Below the pieces are notes generated by a model that had not been told where the DNA came from, did no database searches, and worked only from the letters and a program-made list of their open reading frames with translations. This document shows, piece by piece, positions 30,287 through 39,812 of a stretch of DNA of 64,000 nt. The stretch's first letter is position 1. Every line of letters starts with the position of its first letter. Made by a program: the position numbers and the translations under genes. The DNA is taken from positions 40,394 to 104,393 of IMG/VR virus record IMGVR_UViG_3300047272_000250. The stretch is one strand, 5' to 3'. This stretch comes from a virus (taxonomy: Duplodnaviria > Caudoviricetes).

Positions 30287-31591
30287 TTATCCTACTATTA
30301 CTACCTTGTATGCTCCTGATGCTGGTGCTACAGCAAATGTTAGGTTTACTTTTGCCTGAGAAGGTCTAGTAATTCCGCATTCTACATTTTCGTATGTATT
30401 TGCATCATAGACCTGAACTTGAACATCGTATGTATTCATATCGTGGCTTACATCTATTGATGTTGCTGAGCCATCTCCAACTGTTGCTACAAACTTCTTA
30501 GCAATTCCGTAGTAAAGGTTACCCTGTGAAATTGTCCATGTATCATCTGCTTCATTCCATAGAATTTCTACATCAGCATCAGTACCACGCTCTACACGGA
30601 TACCAGCATTAGCTATTGGCGATCCAGTTACGTTAGAGTTAAGGTTTACCTTATTATCTACAATGTTAACTTCTGATGTATTTACAGAGTTTACTGTACC
30701 TGTTACGTTTAGGTTTCCGCCAACAAGAAGGTCACCAGTAATGTTTACGTTATCTGGAAGTCCAATTGTTACGCTTGTTCCTTCTCCAGAAGTAGGAGTT
30801 ACTGTAACTTCACCAGATGTTCCAGTGATATTTGCTACATAATCTCCAGTTGTCTGTGTTCCAAGATTAACGTTCTTGATAGAGACTGCGCCAGATGATA
30901 CTGTAAAGTCTGCTGTTGCGAATGAAGCAACACCCTTATTAGTAGTAGTTGCATCTTCTGCAGCAATTGTAACTGTGTTATCTGTGACTGCAACATCAAT
31001 TCCTTCTCCGCCAGAAATCTGTAGTGATTCTGTTAGAAGAGAAATACCAGTTGTACCAGTATCTCCATTAATTGTAAGTGTTGTTGCTACATCTGCTTCA
31101 CCAGCCGCTGTTAGACGACCATAAGCATCTACTGTGAAAGTAGGAATCTTTGTTGCTGAACCATATGAACCAGCTGTTACACCAGTTGCAGGAAGTTCAA
31201 TATTTACTGCAGCAGTTTCTGTACCAGAACCTGTGACTGTAATTGTTGATCCAGTAGATGTAAGTGTTGCTACATAATTTCCTACTGTATCTGTACCTAG
31301 GGCAATGGAGTTCGCATTAATTGTGGCATTAAGCGTTACATTTCCATCTGTATCTGTTGTTGCGGTTCCTGATAGATCTCCGCCAAGTGTAATTGAAACA
31401 AGGCCAGTTGCCTGCCATGCTGTTCCATTGTAATAATAAAGTTTGTTTGTTGTAGAGTTAAAAAATACTCTACCCTTAAATACTGATTCTGATCCTGACG
31501 CTACTGTTGGATTCGAAAGCGCATTTTCAATGCGGAGCTTCTGAATCTCCAGACCCGTCATATCAATCGGGGTTAAAAATTTACGTGCCAC
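30287..31591 (-). CDS. Tail fibre/minor tail protein
   Basis: TGVTAGSYGSATKIPTFTVDAYGRLTAA and GIRVERG fibre motifs. Confidence 0.7.
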   Translation of the reverse strand: MARKFLTPIDMTGLEIQKLRIENALSNPTVASGSESVFKGRVFFNSTTNKLYYYNGTAWQATGLVSITLGGDLSGTATTDTDGNVTLNATINANSIALGTDTVGNYVATLTSTGSTITVTGSGTETAAVNIELPATGVTAGSYGSATKIPTFTVDAYGRLTAAGEADVATTLTINGDTGTTGISLLTESLQISGGEGIDVAVTDNTVTIAAEDATTTNKGVASFATADFTVSSGAVSIKNVNLGTQTTGDYVANITGTSGEVTVTPTSGEGTSVTIGLPDNVNITGDLLVGGNLNVTGTVNSVNTSEVNIVDNKVNLNSNVTGSPIANAGIRVERGTDADVEILWNEADDTWTISQGNLYYGIAKKFVATVGDGSATSIDVSHDMNTYDVQVQVYDANTYENVECGITRPSQAKVNLTFAVAPASGAYKVVIVG

Positions 31592-31617
31592 GTTTTATAT
31601 CTCCTAGGTTTTTTGAA

Positions 31618-32073
31618 TTACGACAGGTATGCCTTTCCAGAAAAACCTGCTGCAAAACTAATTATAACAGTGTTATCGTTCTGGTACTGGACATGCCCCT
31701 CGACTTGATTTCCGTTATTGTCAACTACGGTTACGTTGGGCTTGAAATTTAGCTTATGCATAGAATAAGGTATTGTCCAAGTCTCAGATGAAATTAGCTG
31801 CTCATACTGATAAACAGATTCTGGAAGGGTAAATAGGTCAACTGGAGTTCCCCATGAACCACCATAGGTCAATGGACCATACAGTTCATAGGTGTTTAGG
31901 TTGAGATAAAAATCTCCTGCTACTGCATTTGCTGGGTTGGTTGGAGACGGAGCCCCAAAACCATTGAGGATTGAATTACCTCTAGGGCCTGGCTGACCAG
32001 TATCAGAGATAATAACTTCATTCTCTGTTGTTGTAATGTCGATAATATTAGAATTATCAATATAGTTAACCAA
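31618..32073 (-). CDS. Minor structural protein with short collagen-like stretch
   Basis: GQPGPRG; GDFYLN; HKLNFKPNVTVVD. Confidence 0.6.
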   Translation of the reverse strand: MVNYIDNSNIIDITTTENEVIISDTGQPGPRGNSILNGFGAPSPTNPANAVAGDFYLNLNTYELYGPLTYGGSWGTPVDLFTLPESVYQYEQLISSETWTIPYSMHKLNFKPNVTVVDNNGNQVEGHVQYQNDNTVIISFAAGFSGKAYLS

Positions 32074-32419
32074 CTACTGTCACCGCCCTTGAAACTTCTA
32101 GCCATCCCTCAAGTAGTCTTGTTAGTTGCCCCGTTGGAATATATTCTATTACTAAGTCGTATGCTGACTTTGGATATGCAATTTTTGCTGTCTTATCTGG
32201 AGACAAATTAACATCTATTTTTCCAAGAAGCGGGGTAACAGTAATACCGTCACCTTGAGTAGCAGAAGCTAGAACTTTCTTTGACCCTGGAGCTGACTTA
32301 ACATCCATGTATACACGATATTGAGTTAGGTTAATAGGGTCTCCATCTGGATCCTTATAGACAATAGAGAATGTAAAATTAGTGGCCTGATCGACCTTCC
32401 AATTCTTAATTCCTGCCAT
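32066..32419 (-). CDS. Ig-like fibre anchor/baseplate-type protein
   Basis: DQATNF...PINLT.Y...YDL...RLLEG pattern; first gene of the fibre operon. Confidence 0.55.
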   Translation of the reverse strand: MAGIKNWKVDQATNFTFSIVYKDPDGDPINLTQYRVYMDVKSAPGSKKVLASATQGDGITVTPLLGKIDVNLSPDKTAKIAYPKSAYDLVIEYIPTGQLTRLLEGWLEVSRAVTVVG

Positions 32420-32463
32420 ATTTTATTACCTCCAGATAAATCAATTTTATCACGAAAGGGCTT

Positions 32464-34398
32464 CTAGCTGGATGATGAGGTCAGGTCAACAATTTCGCAA
32501 TTATCAGCGCTGCAAGCAAAGCTTTGTGAACCAGTAGTCATATCTTCCTTTTCGTAGAATGAAAGGTCTGACCAATTAATAGTTTGTGGCATCTTAGCCA
32601 AAAGCTCTTCGTACTCTTCCTTTGAGCATTCCTGGTATGGAGCCTGCTTATAAGTATGGTCTGAATGAGGAAGGAATGAAATTCCAGATACCTCATCAAA
32701 GTGCTTATATACCCAAGCTCCTACTTCCATCCATTCCTCTTCCTTTACGGAAACAGTAATAGAAGGCTTATGCTCACACCAAGCTCTCTGATAAACAAGC
32801 CAAGTATTGAGGTGTTCAATAGCAGTAAGATCATTTCTTAGAATTGCCCCTTCTGGAGCCTTTACTGGAAATGAGAATACAGTTGTTGAATCTGGCTTCA
32901 TTACATCTGGCTCATTTGGCACATCATATGCCTTCATGAGTTCTGTAAGTGGATCTTTATTATCTGCACGGACTGTGCGGATATAGTAATCTGAATGCCA
33001 TGGGTGCATTCCTGAAGAAACGCCAGTCAACTGAGAAACAGTTCCTGATGGCTTAACACAGGTAATAGCAGCAGACTCATTAATACCAATCTTGCCAGCC
33101 TCTTCAGAGTTGATTACACGAGCATACTCACGAAGTGATACTAGTGCATCTTCTAGCTTATTGATATCTTCTTTTCCAGACATGAACTTGTGTCCAAACT
33201 GTCCAGTAATAGAAACACCTAGTAGGCGCTCTTCCTCTGTATTGTCCTTCCAAATCTTGCGAAGGTACTTAAAGTCTGTAAGGGTTGACTGCCATGTTCC
33301 AAGAACTGTAGCAAGGCGTACCTTGTTTGAGATATCTTCCATTGTATCTTCTTCACGAATTACAACTTCTGACAAGTTACAGAACTGGTATGGGCGAAGA
33401 ATGATTTCTGAACATGGGTTAGTTCCGTACCAAATCTCTGGATCACGACGACCATACTTTGCTGCCTGCTTTTGTGCTGCTGCAACATTGTAGATACCAC
33501 GCTCTCCTGACTTTGAGTCATAGAGATTCTTCCACTCTGCAATAAACTGTTCCATTTCTGGACGACGAGAATATGCTACTGAATTATTTGAAAGTGCACG
33601 TTGTGGATTGTGCTCCCACCAGTTACCAGTCTTAGCATGTGCCATTTCAATATCATTAATATTTGAAAGAGAGATCATCGCAGAACGACGAACTCCACCA
33701 ACTACAACTACTTCACCAATCTTGCACATGATGTCATGGCACTCGATTGGCTTTAGGTTTCTTCCAAGAGAACCCTTGAAGATCTTAATTGTGAAATCAA
33801 AAAGATTAACTAGTGGCTGTGGACCTGATGAACGACCACCCATTGTCTTAAGTCTTGCTCCTGCTGGACGAAGCTTTGTTACATCAATAGTAGGAATCTG
33901 TCCTGACCATAGTAATGCAAGAAGTTCACGATAAGCCTTTGCCCATCCTGCTTTTGAATCTTCTACAGTAATAACTGTTGATGTCTTTTCCAAAGTCTCT
34001 GGGACTGCTGGAAGCTTATTGATGTACTTGTACTCTACTGAAAATCCAACACCAGTACCGCACATAAGAATATACATTGTCTCGTCAAATGAACGAGGTG
34101 AATCAACTGGAACAAACGAGCAGTTGTATCCTGGAACATGGTCTCTCTGTAGTGCTGGGCCAGCGGTCATAAGAGAACGCATTGATGGCATAACGCTAAG
34201 ATTAAGAACAGCATCCTTTACTTCTTGTAAAAGTTTTGCATCTGGCTTATAGGAAAAAGATTCTTCCAAATGGTTAGCCATGAAATTAAAATATCGATCA
34301 ACAGTCTCACCCCAAGATTCTCTGCGATTTTCTGAATCCATATATTTTGCATAACGTGATAGTGCAATGAATTCTTGGTAAGCTGTTGGTAATGACAT
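32464..34398 (-). CDS. nrdJ: Class II (adenosylcobalamin-dependent) ribonucleotide reductase
   Basis: YNCSF, GTGVGFS, GGVRRSA, TNPCSEI, CNLSE, VKPSGT, C-terminal CSADNC; no adjacent beta subunit. Confidence 0.92.
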   Translation of the reverse strand: MSLPTAYQEFIALSRYAKYMDSENRRESWGETVDRYFNFMANHLEESFSYKPDAKLLQEVKDAVLNLSVMPSMRSLMTAGPALQRDHVPGYNCSFVPVDSPRSFDETMYILMCGTGVGFSVEYKYINKLPAVPETLEKTSTVITVEDSKAGWAKAYRELLALLWSGQIPTIDVTKLRPAGARLKTMGGRSSGPQPLVNLFDFTIKIFKGSLGRNLKPIECHDIMCKIGEVVVVGGVRRSAMISLSNINDIEMAHAKTGNWWEHNPQRALSNNSVAYSRRPEMEQFIAEWKNLYDSKSGERGIYNVAAAQKQAAKYGRRDPEIWYGTNPCSEIILRPYQFCNLSEVVIREEDTMEDISNKVRLATVLGTWQSTLTDFKYLRKIWKDNTEEERLLGVSITGQFGHKFMSGKEDINKLEDALVSLREYARVINSEEAGKIGINESAAITCVKPSGTVSQLTGVSSGMHPWHSDYYIRTVRADNKDPLTELMKAYDVPNEPDVMKPDSTTVFSFPVKAPEGAILRNDLTAIEHLNTWLVYQRAWCEHKPSITVSVKEEEWMEVGAWVYKHFDEVSGISFLPHSDHTYKQAPYQECSKEEYEELLAKMPQTINWSDLSFYEKEDMTTGSQSFACSADNCEIVDLTSSSS

Positions 34399-34486
34399 TT
34401 ATAGATACTTCTCTCTACCCTCTTCGGGATTTAATTGATTTTTGGTTGAGTTACAATTCTATCATACAGATTTACAAGGGCTAAAG

Positions 34487-35461
34487 TCAAGTCAAATGTT
34501 TAAAAGCTTTTTCAGTTAACTTAATCCAGTCGTATTGCTCGTAAATCTTTGTTGTGTTTTTCAGGGCAGTTAGAGTATGGTCTCTATAACTGTTTATTGA
34601 ATCTAACATCAGAAGTTGAAGGTGTTCCATATCTGGCTCAAACATTTTTCCTGGATGCATTAAAGGCCAAGCAGAATCTTGTACTCTTGACTCTAACTTT
34701 AGAGTTATGAAATCTGAGTATGGTGCCCAAGCAGCTGTACAAATAGTTGGCATTGCAGTAGCCATTGCTTGAAGCGGGATAAAACCAAAGCCTTCTCCCC
34801 AAGATGGGTAAACCATAACATGATGATCATGCATTAACTGAACTAATTCATCATCACTCATCTGTTTAGTGATTAGTTTAATATTAGGATACTTCTCAAA
34901 TATTGGTTCAAAGTTTCCAAACATATCTCTTTGTCTAATTTGATGTGCTTCATTTGCTTTAATGGTAAGTTGATAGTCTGGGTTATTTCCAAATAGTCTA
35001 ATGAAGGCTTCTACTACCATATTCCCGCCTTTTCTTTCTGCGGGCTCTCCAATATGCAAGAACTTGAACTTGCCATCTACTCTACGGACTTTTGTATTCT
35101 TCCAAACATCATGGAGTCCATGCTGATAAGTCTTGATAGGAGCAGTTACTCCTGCTTGCTTGTACCAAGCGGAAATGAGAGGGGATGTAGACCATACCTC
35201 ATCACATCTATTCATATTCTCTAACCAATACATAGGAAGCTCAGTAGATTCCCAGGGTGTATAACCAATTGTGTATTGATCTTGTCTATTAAACTTATAA
35301 TGAATAGGTTGAATAAAGTTAAGTTGAAGATCAGCTTGAGGATTATTAAGCGTAACAAGGTGTCCTAGGCTCTGTAATGAGCTTACAACACCCATTCCAG
35401 CCTGGCCATAGCCTACTGTGGCATTAAAACCAGACTCAGATGAGTAAAAACTAATATGCAT
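34487..35461 (-). CDS. Glycosyltransferase (GT-B fold, family 4-like)
   Basis: RKGG and YPSWGEGFGFIPLQAMA motifs. Confidence 0.88.
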   Translation of the reverse strand: MHISFYSSESGFNATVGYGQAGMGVVSSLQSLGHLVTLNNPQADLQLNFIQPIHYKFNRQDQYTIGYTPWESTELPMYWLENMNRCDEVWSTSPLISAWYKQAGVTAPIKTYQHGLHDVWKNTKVRRVDGKFKFLHIGEPAERKGGNMVVEAFIRLFGNNPDYQLTIKANEAHQIRQRDMFGNFEPIFEKYPNIKLITKQMSDDELVQLMHDHHVMVYPSWGEGFGFIPLQAMATAMPTICTAAWAPYSDFITLKLESRVQDSAWPLMHPGKMFEPDMEHLQLLMLDSINSYRDHTLTALKNTTKIYEQYDWIKLTEKAFKHLT

Positions 35462-35520
35462 TTAAATCCTTCGCTTCAGAATATATTAAGTCTATCACAG
35501 GTATATTTTTTTTAAAATAG

Positions 35521-35549
35521 TTGACTGGGCTAGAAATAGCCGATAAACT
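35521..35549 (+). promoter_or_regulatory. Housekeeping-sigma promoter for a leaderless gene
   Basis: TTGACT-N17-TAAACT, ATG 6 nt downstream. Confidence 0.7.
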
Positions 35550-35555
35550 TATATA

Positions 35556-36194
35556 ATGAAAGAAAACCTAATTATAAAAGTAATTAGTATTTCACTCATA
35601 ATTGTATTAGGAGCTATCTTTACTCCTAGTATCAACTATAAGTATTATACTAAATACCCTTTAAAAAAGGTAAGTAACTTTGAAGAACGTATCTTCAAGT
35701 CTTCCCTAGAAGAAAAGAAGTACGCAAAGTTAAAAGAGGCTCTGGAAATTAAAAAAGCTAGAGATCTTAAACTTAAGCAGCTAAAGACGGCTAAGAGCCT
35801 TTCTGACACTGACCTTGCCATTTTGCTTTACTTGGTAGGCTTTGAAGGAAAAGCTCTTCAGACAGCTTGGGCAGTTGCAAAGAAGGAATCCAACGGACGC
35901 CCTTTGGCTTACAATGGAAATAGAAAGACTGGGGATAGTTCATACGGGATCTTCCAAATCAATATGATTGGAAATCTAGGTCCTGAGCGTCGTGCTAAGT
36001 ATGATCTATCAGACAATAAGGAGTTGTTTAATCCAGTGACCAATGCTTCTATTGCGTTTAAGATGACTAGCGGGGGAGACAATTGGTCTGCCTGGAAGGG
36101 TCTCACACCTAAGACAAAACAGTGGTTGGCTAAGTTCCCTACTGTTAGCGTCAAACCTTATGTAATGCCTGATTTGTCGGCACTAAAAGTTTGA
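35556..36194 (+). CDS. Membrane-anchored lytic transglycosylase (SLT/lysozyme-like)
   Basis: N-terminal hydrophobic helix; AVAKKES, SYGIFQIN, NWSAW. Confidence 0.82.
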   Translation: MKENLIIKVISISLIIVLGAIFTPSINYKYYTKYPLKKVSNFEERIFKSSLEEKKYAKLKEALEIKKARDLKLKQLKTAKSLSDTDLAILLYLVGFEGKALQTAWAVAKKESNGRPLAYNGNRKTGDSSYGIFQINMIGNLGPERRAKYDLSDNKELFNPVTNASIAFKMTSGGDNWSAWKGLTPKTKQWLAKFPTVSVKPYVMPDLSALKV

Positions 36195-36225
36195 CTTGAT
36201 TAAATCACAGTGGTAGAGTAGTTCT

Positions 36226-36435
36226 ATGGAAAATATAGATAATACTGGTGACGTAGACATTCGTGTAGTACGCAAATGGCTAAAGAACAGAGAATCAGTT
36301 TTCCATGGAACTTGCTCTAGCAATTATGTAGCTGGATTTGATGATGCAGTGTTTTTGACCTGCTTTGAATGTTCCGAAAAAATTTACATTGGACTAGATA
36401 CATACACGGTCATGAAGAGGGAAGTAAATGTCTGA
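36226..36435 (+). CDS. Hypothetical protein (leaderless)
   Basis: TTGACT-N17-TAGAGT-N6-ATG; CFEC. Confidence 0.6.
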   Translation: MENIDNTGDVDIRVVRKWLKNRESVFHGTCSSNYVAGFDDAVFLTCFECSEKIYIGLDTYTVMKREVNV

Positions 36436-36613
36436 AGAAAACGATAACATTTTACTTGGAATTTATATACAACTTTCCCGTGTTTATGATATGCTTGTAT
36501 TAATAGCGGATGGAGTAGGTAAGGGTGAAGAAGCCCTTGAAGTCAGAAACCTGCATGAGCAGGGAAAGATCCTAACTCCACCCCCATCATTAGTGGAGGA
36601 CGAGGATGCCTAA
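36428..36613 (+). CDS. Hypothetical protein
   Basis: Coupled ORF with RBS. Confidence 0.6.
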   Translation: MSEENDNILLGIYIQLSRVYDMLVLIADGVGKGEEALEVRNLHEQGKILTPPPSLVEDEDA

Positions 36614-36794
36614 GTATTTTGTTACTATCAACCTAGAAGTTGATATTCACAAGAGCGATAGTATTCATCACATAGTTGATTCATTCGACTTCGTAGGTCA
36701 AGCAGAGAATACAGAAATTCTTGATATTGACTTCGAGCTTGCAGAAGAATCATATATGGACGATGAAGACGACTCTAATGACGAAGATTTTTAA
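36606..36794 (+). CDS. Acidic hypothetical protein
   Basis: Coupled ORF with GAGGA RBS. Confidence 0.6.
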   Translation: MPKYFVTINLEVDIHKSDSIHHIVDSFDFVGQAENTEILDIDFELAEESYMDDEDDSNDEDF

Positions 36795-36810
36795 AACCAT
36801 ATAATCCGAT

Positions 36811-36850
36811 AAAAGAAAACCCCCTAGTGTTTAGCTAGGGGGTTCTTTCT
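36811..36850. terminator. Bidirectional terminator between convergent genes
   Basis: AACCCCCTAG-loop-CTAGGGGGTT flanked by A-rich and T-rich tails. Confidence 0.8.
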
Positions 36851-36860
36851 TATGTATTTT

Positions 36861-37673
36861 TTAAGACTTTAGTGCCTTAAATGTAATAGCATCTACGATG
36901 CCTGTTTCTGCAAGACCCTTGGACTTCTGGAAAGCTTTTACAGCCTTCTCTGTTCCTGGTCCGAAATCCCCGTCAGCTTTGAGTTTAAGGAGTGTTTGTA
37001 CGTTCTTAACGCCAGAACCCTTAGAACCCTTCTTAAGAGGTGTAAACGCTGCTGCAGGCTTTGCTACGGGAGGCTTTGGTGCAGCTGGCTTAGCTGCTTT
37101 TGCAGGTGCTGCAGGAGCATCAGATGATCCTACCTTAGATAGTAGTGGAACATTTTCTTCACCAGCATATACTGGACGTCCCCAACCTACTACTGCATTC
37201 ATAAGCTTTAGCTTATTATCCTTAACGTATGCACGAGTTTTCTCTACGCACATTCCGCCATTTCGCTGATCTCCCTTTGCAGTTCCTGAAGTGTTTCCTT
37301 CAATAACTTGAATAGTTCCGTTTCCGTTATTCTTTACGCAAAGACCTACGTGAGAAATTCGATTTACGCCATCATCTGGGAAATCGAAATAAATCCAGTC
37401 ACCTGGAGTAGGATCATCATTACGTGCATCTGCCCAACGATTATTCTTCTTGAAGAAATCTGCAGCTGCAACTGTTGATGCGCTCTTTGGATATTTCTTT
37501 GGATCTAGTCCAGAAGTGAATGCACACCATGAAACAAATGACTGGCACCATGGAAGAAAGTTTGCACCTGTCCACTTACCATATTTAGTTTCATTGTCTT
37601 TAGGACCTTCAATAGTCCCTACTTCTTTCTTAGCAATCTCAATGATTGCTTCTAGAGAACCCTTTGCTGACAA
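36861..37673 (-). CDS. Endolysin: CHAP amidase plus peptidoglycan-binding domain
   Basis: PWCQSFVSW, HVGL, IEGNT; Pro/Ala/Lys linker; DGDFGPGTEKAVKAFQ. Confidence 0.9.
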   Translation of the reverse strand: MSAKGSLEAIIEIAKKEVGTIEGPKDNETKYGKWTGANFLPWCQSFVSWCAFTSGLDPKKYPKSASTVAAADFFKKNNRWADARNDDPTPGDWIYFDFPDDGVNRISHVGLCVKNNGNGTIQVIEGNTSGTAKGDQRNGGMCVEKTRAYVKDNKLKLMNAVVGWGRPVYAGEENVPLLSKVGSSDAPAAPAKAAKPAAPKPPVAKPAAAFTPLKKGSKGSGVKNVQTLLKLKADGDFGPGTEKAVKAFQKSKGLAETGIVDAITFKALKS

Positions 37674-38003
37674 TTACTTCGCCGCCTTCTTAGCAACTGA
37701 CTTCTTTGCAGCAGTCTTCTTTGTTGCTGAGGCCTTAACAGCTGTGTCTAACTTCTTGGTAGCTTCTGATGCAACTGCTGTTGCAATACGACCAAATGCT
37801 GGATCCTTCTTGTTCACCCATCGTAGTGCAACTGGGACGAGTGATGCCCAGAGAGAGTTGGCAACTAGTAGCCATTCTCCATTGCCAAAATCAAGCGGGC
37901 TTGAAATATTAGAGGTTGCCATAACGATGCTAATAGCACCCATTACCTGACCAATTAGATTTCTAGCATATGACTCTAGCATTGCTTTTGTTTGTGTTGA
38001 CAT
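37674..38003 (-). CDS. Holin
   Basis: Two hydrophobic segments, basic C-terminal tail, directly upstream of the endolysin. Confidence 0.7.
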   Translation of the reverse strand: MSTQTKAMLESYARNLIGQVMGAISIVMATSNISSPLDFGNGEWLLVANSLWASLVPVALRWVNKKDPAFGRIATAVASEATKKLDTAVKASATKKTAAKKSVAKKAAK

Positions 38004-38166
38004 ATATATCTCCTTTTAAGTGTGTCCTTAGACACTTTTCATATCCATTGTATCACCAAGGAATGAAGAATGAGCCGTTTACGTGGACAATGCTCAGGTC
38101 CCTTATGCTCTAGCCAGCTATCCCCCCTGGGGAAAGTAATGCGTAGATGCACAATATAATTATAGC

Positions 38167-38583
38167 CTACTTAATTTTGATTTGTCTAGGCTTTTTCTCT
38201 TCTGGAATTTCACGCTTTAGGACGATATACAAAATACCGTCGCTGTAGTCAGCGGAATCTACTTCCCAGTATTCCCAAAGAGTAACTGTTTTAGTAAACT
38301 TACGAGCAGCAATACCCTTATGGATATATTTGACTTCCTCGTCAGTTTTAGATTTCTCTCCAGAAATAGTTAGGACACGATTTTCCATTTCAACCTTTAC
38401 TTCATTCTTGGTGAATCCAGCAAGGGCGAGTTCAAGGACTCTGGTATCCTCGTCGATTTCACGAATGTTGTATGGTGGATAAGTATCCTGGGGGGTCCAA
38501 GTGGAAGATGTTACTGTATTCCACATGTTGTCAATCAATTTAAACGGATCATATACTGAAACCGTATAGTTATTACCTGTCAT
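38167..38583 (-). CDS. Small heat-shock protein (Hsp20/IbpA family)
   Basis: YPPYNI, LALAGF, YIHKGIAARKF, DGILYIVL. Confidence 0.93.
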   Translation of the reverse strand: MTGNNYTVSVYDPFKLIDNMWNTVTSSTWTPQDTYPPYNIREIDEDTRVLELALAGFTKNEVKVEMENRVLTISGEKSKTDEEVKYIHKGIAARKFTKTVTLWEYWEVDSADYSDGILYIVLKREIPEEKKPRQIKIK

Positions 38584-38737
38584 TTTTTTTGCTCCTTTTA
38601 AGCGAGTTAGATTAGCAGCACCCGAAGCATGCTACTTATAAATATTATATCAAATAATTTATTTATATGTCCATATACCCGCCAGTGAAGTGCGCCGAAA
38701 ATGAGACCCCTAATTAAATGCCCTGTATAATAACTAT

Positions 38738-39100
38738 ATGAGCCTATATGATCAATTAACCCCAGTAGAGAAAGCCTACCATGATGCCTTGCTTTCAGTA
38801 GTAGATAAATTTGGGCCTTTTGATAAGGGCAGCGAATCAGTTTGGGTCGGATATGAAGATGGCTCTAATAATGAGAATGCAGCCATAGGAGTTAAGTGTG
38901 GCAATTGCTCATTCCATGTAGAGATAGAGGGAAGCTCAGAGCTAGGATGTAAAATCCTATCCTTTAATGTAGAGTCTAATGGATTATGTAGACTAGCTGC
39001 TATTCCAGATGGTCTAGTGAACGCCGAAAATGAGAGCGATAGCAATAATGACGATATGGACGATATGGATAAATTCTGGAATGGGAGCTTTATTAAATAA
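38738..39100 (+). CDS. Hypothetical four-cysteine protein (leaderless)
   Basis: CGNC...C...GLC; TATAAT 6 nt before the ATG. Confidence 0.65.
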   Translation: MSLYDQLTPVEKAYHDALLSVVDKFGPFDKGSESVWVGYEDGSNNENAAIGVKCGNCSFHVEIEGSSELGCKILSFNVESNGLCRLAAIPDGLVNAENESDSNNDDMDDMDKFWNGSFIK

Positions 39101-39486
39101 TGGCAATGTACACATATTTTACTAAAATCGATAAGGTCGTCGATGGAGATACGTGTGACGTATTTATCGACCTAGGATTTAATGTCTGGCATAAGGAAAG
39201 AATTCGTATGGCTGGAATTGATACGGCTGAAAAGAATACAGCCTTTGGAAAAGCTACTAAGAAATTACTAGTAGATACCATGGAAGGTAAGCTTGTAAAG
39301 CTTGTAGTTTCTAAGCCCGACAAATACGGCAGATACCTTGGCTATATCTATCTAGGGTCAGAAGTATCAATTAATGACCAAATGATCTCTAAGGGCCTTG
39401 CAAAGCCTTATGGCGGGGATTCTAAAGTTGGTCTATGGACTGAACAAGAGTTAGCTATAGATCATATAAGCGTTACTCTTCAATAG
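39100..39486 (+). CDS. Thermonuclease (SNase) family protein
   Basis: VVDGDT, RIRMAGIDTAE, DKYGRYLG. Confidence 0.9.
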   Translation: MAMYTYFTKIDKVVDGDTCDVFIDLGFNVWHKERIRMAGIDTAEKNTAFGKATKKLLVDTMEGKLVKLVVSKPDKYGRYLGYIYLGSEVSINDQMISKGLAKPYGGDSKVGLWTEQELAIDHISVTLQ

Positions 39487-39737
39487 GGGATATATCGCTA
39501 TATGTTTGAAGAGCTTCAAGAAGCTCTTTGGCTATCCCGTCGAAATCAATAGTTCCGTTATTAAAGTATTTTCCAGATTGGATACACTTTTGTAGTGTAT
39601 TTGCAATGTATTTTTGTTTATCCATACATATCACCTCTAATACAGTATAACAAATAATCAGTATTAGTACAAATACTATATATGCCCTGTTTATTTATAT
39701 ATTATAGAAATGTTAATAAAATTTTAAATTTGACTAG

Positions 39738-39812
39738 TAGGGATACTTGGATTTGAACCAAGAGTAGATTGCATATAAGACAATTGCTTTAACCAGATTA
39801 AGCTATATCCCC
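39738..39812 (-). tRNA. tRNA-Ile(UAU)
   Basis: Cloverleaf GGGGATA/TATCCCT; anticodon arm ATTGT-CTTATAT-GCAAT; T arm CTTGG-TTCAAAT-CCAAG. Confidence 0.85.

Noticed and set aside
12114-32419. Diversity-generating retroelement suggested by the Mtd-N domain and paralogous fibres
   Set aside because: No reverse transcriptase in the window, and I saw no near-identical repeat pair differing only at adenines.
1172-34252. Numerous plus-strand ORFs antisense to structural and RNR genes
   Set aside because: They are shadow frames of well-supported minus-strand genes, with low-complexity translations and no RBS.
34399-34486. NrdR box upstream of nrdJ
   Set aside because: No convincing match to the consensus palindrome.
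36175-36196. TGTCGG-N10-TTGACT as a RecA-NDp promoter
   Set aside because: The hexamer is not TANNNT; it is the -35 of the promoter for gene 36226.
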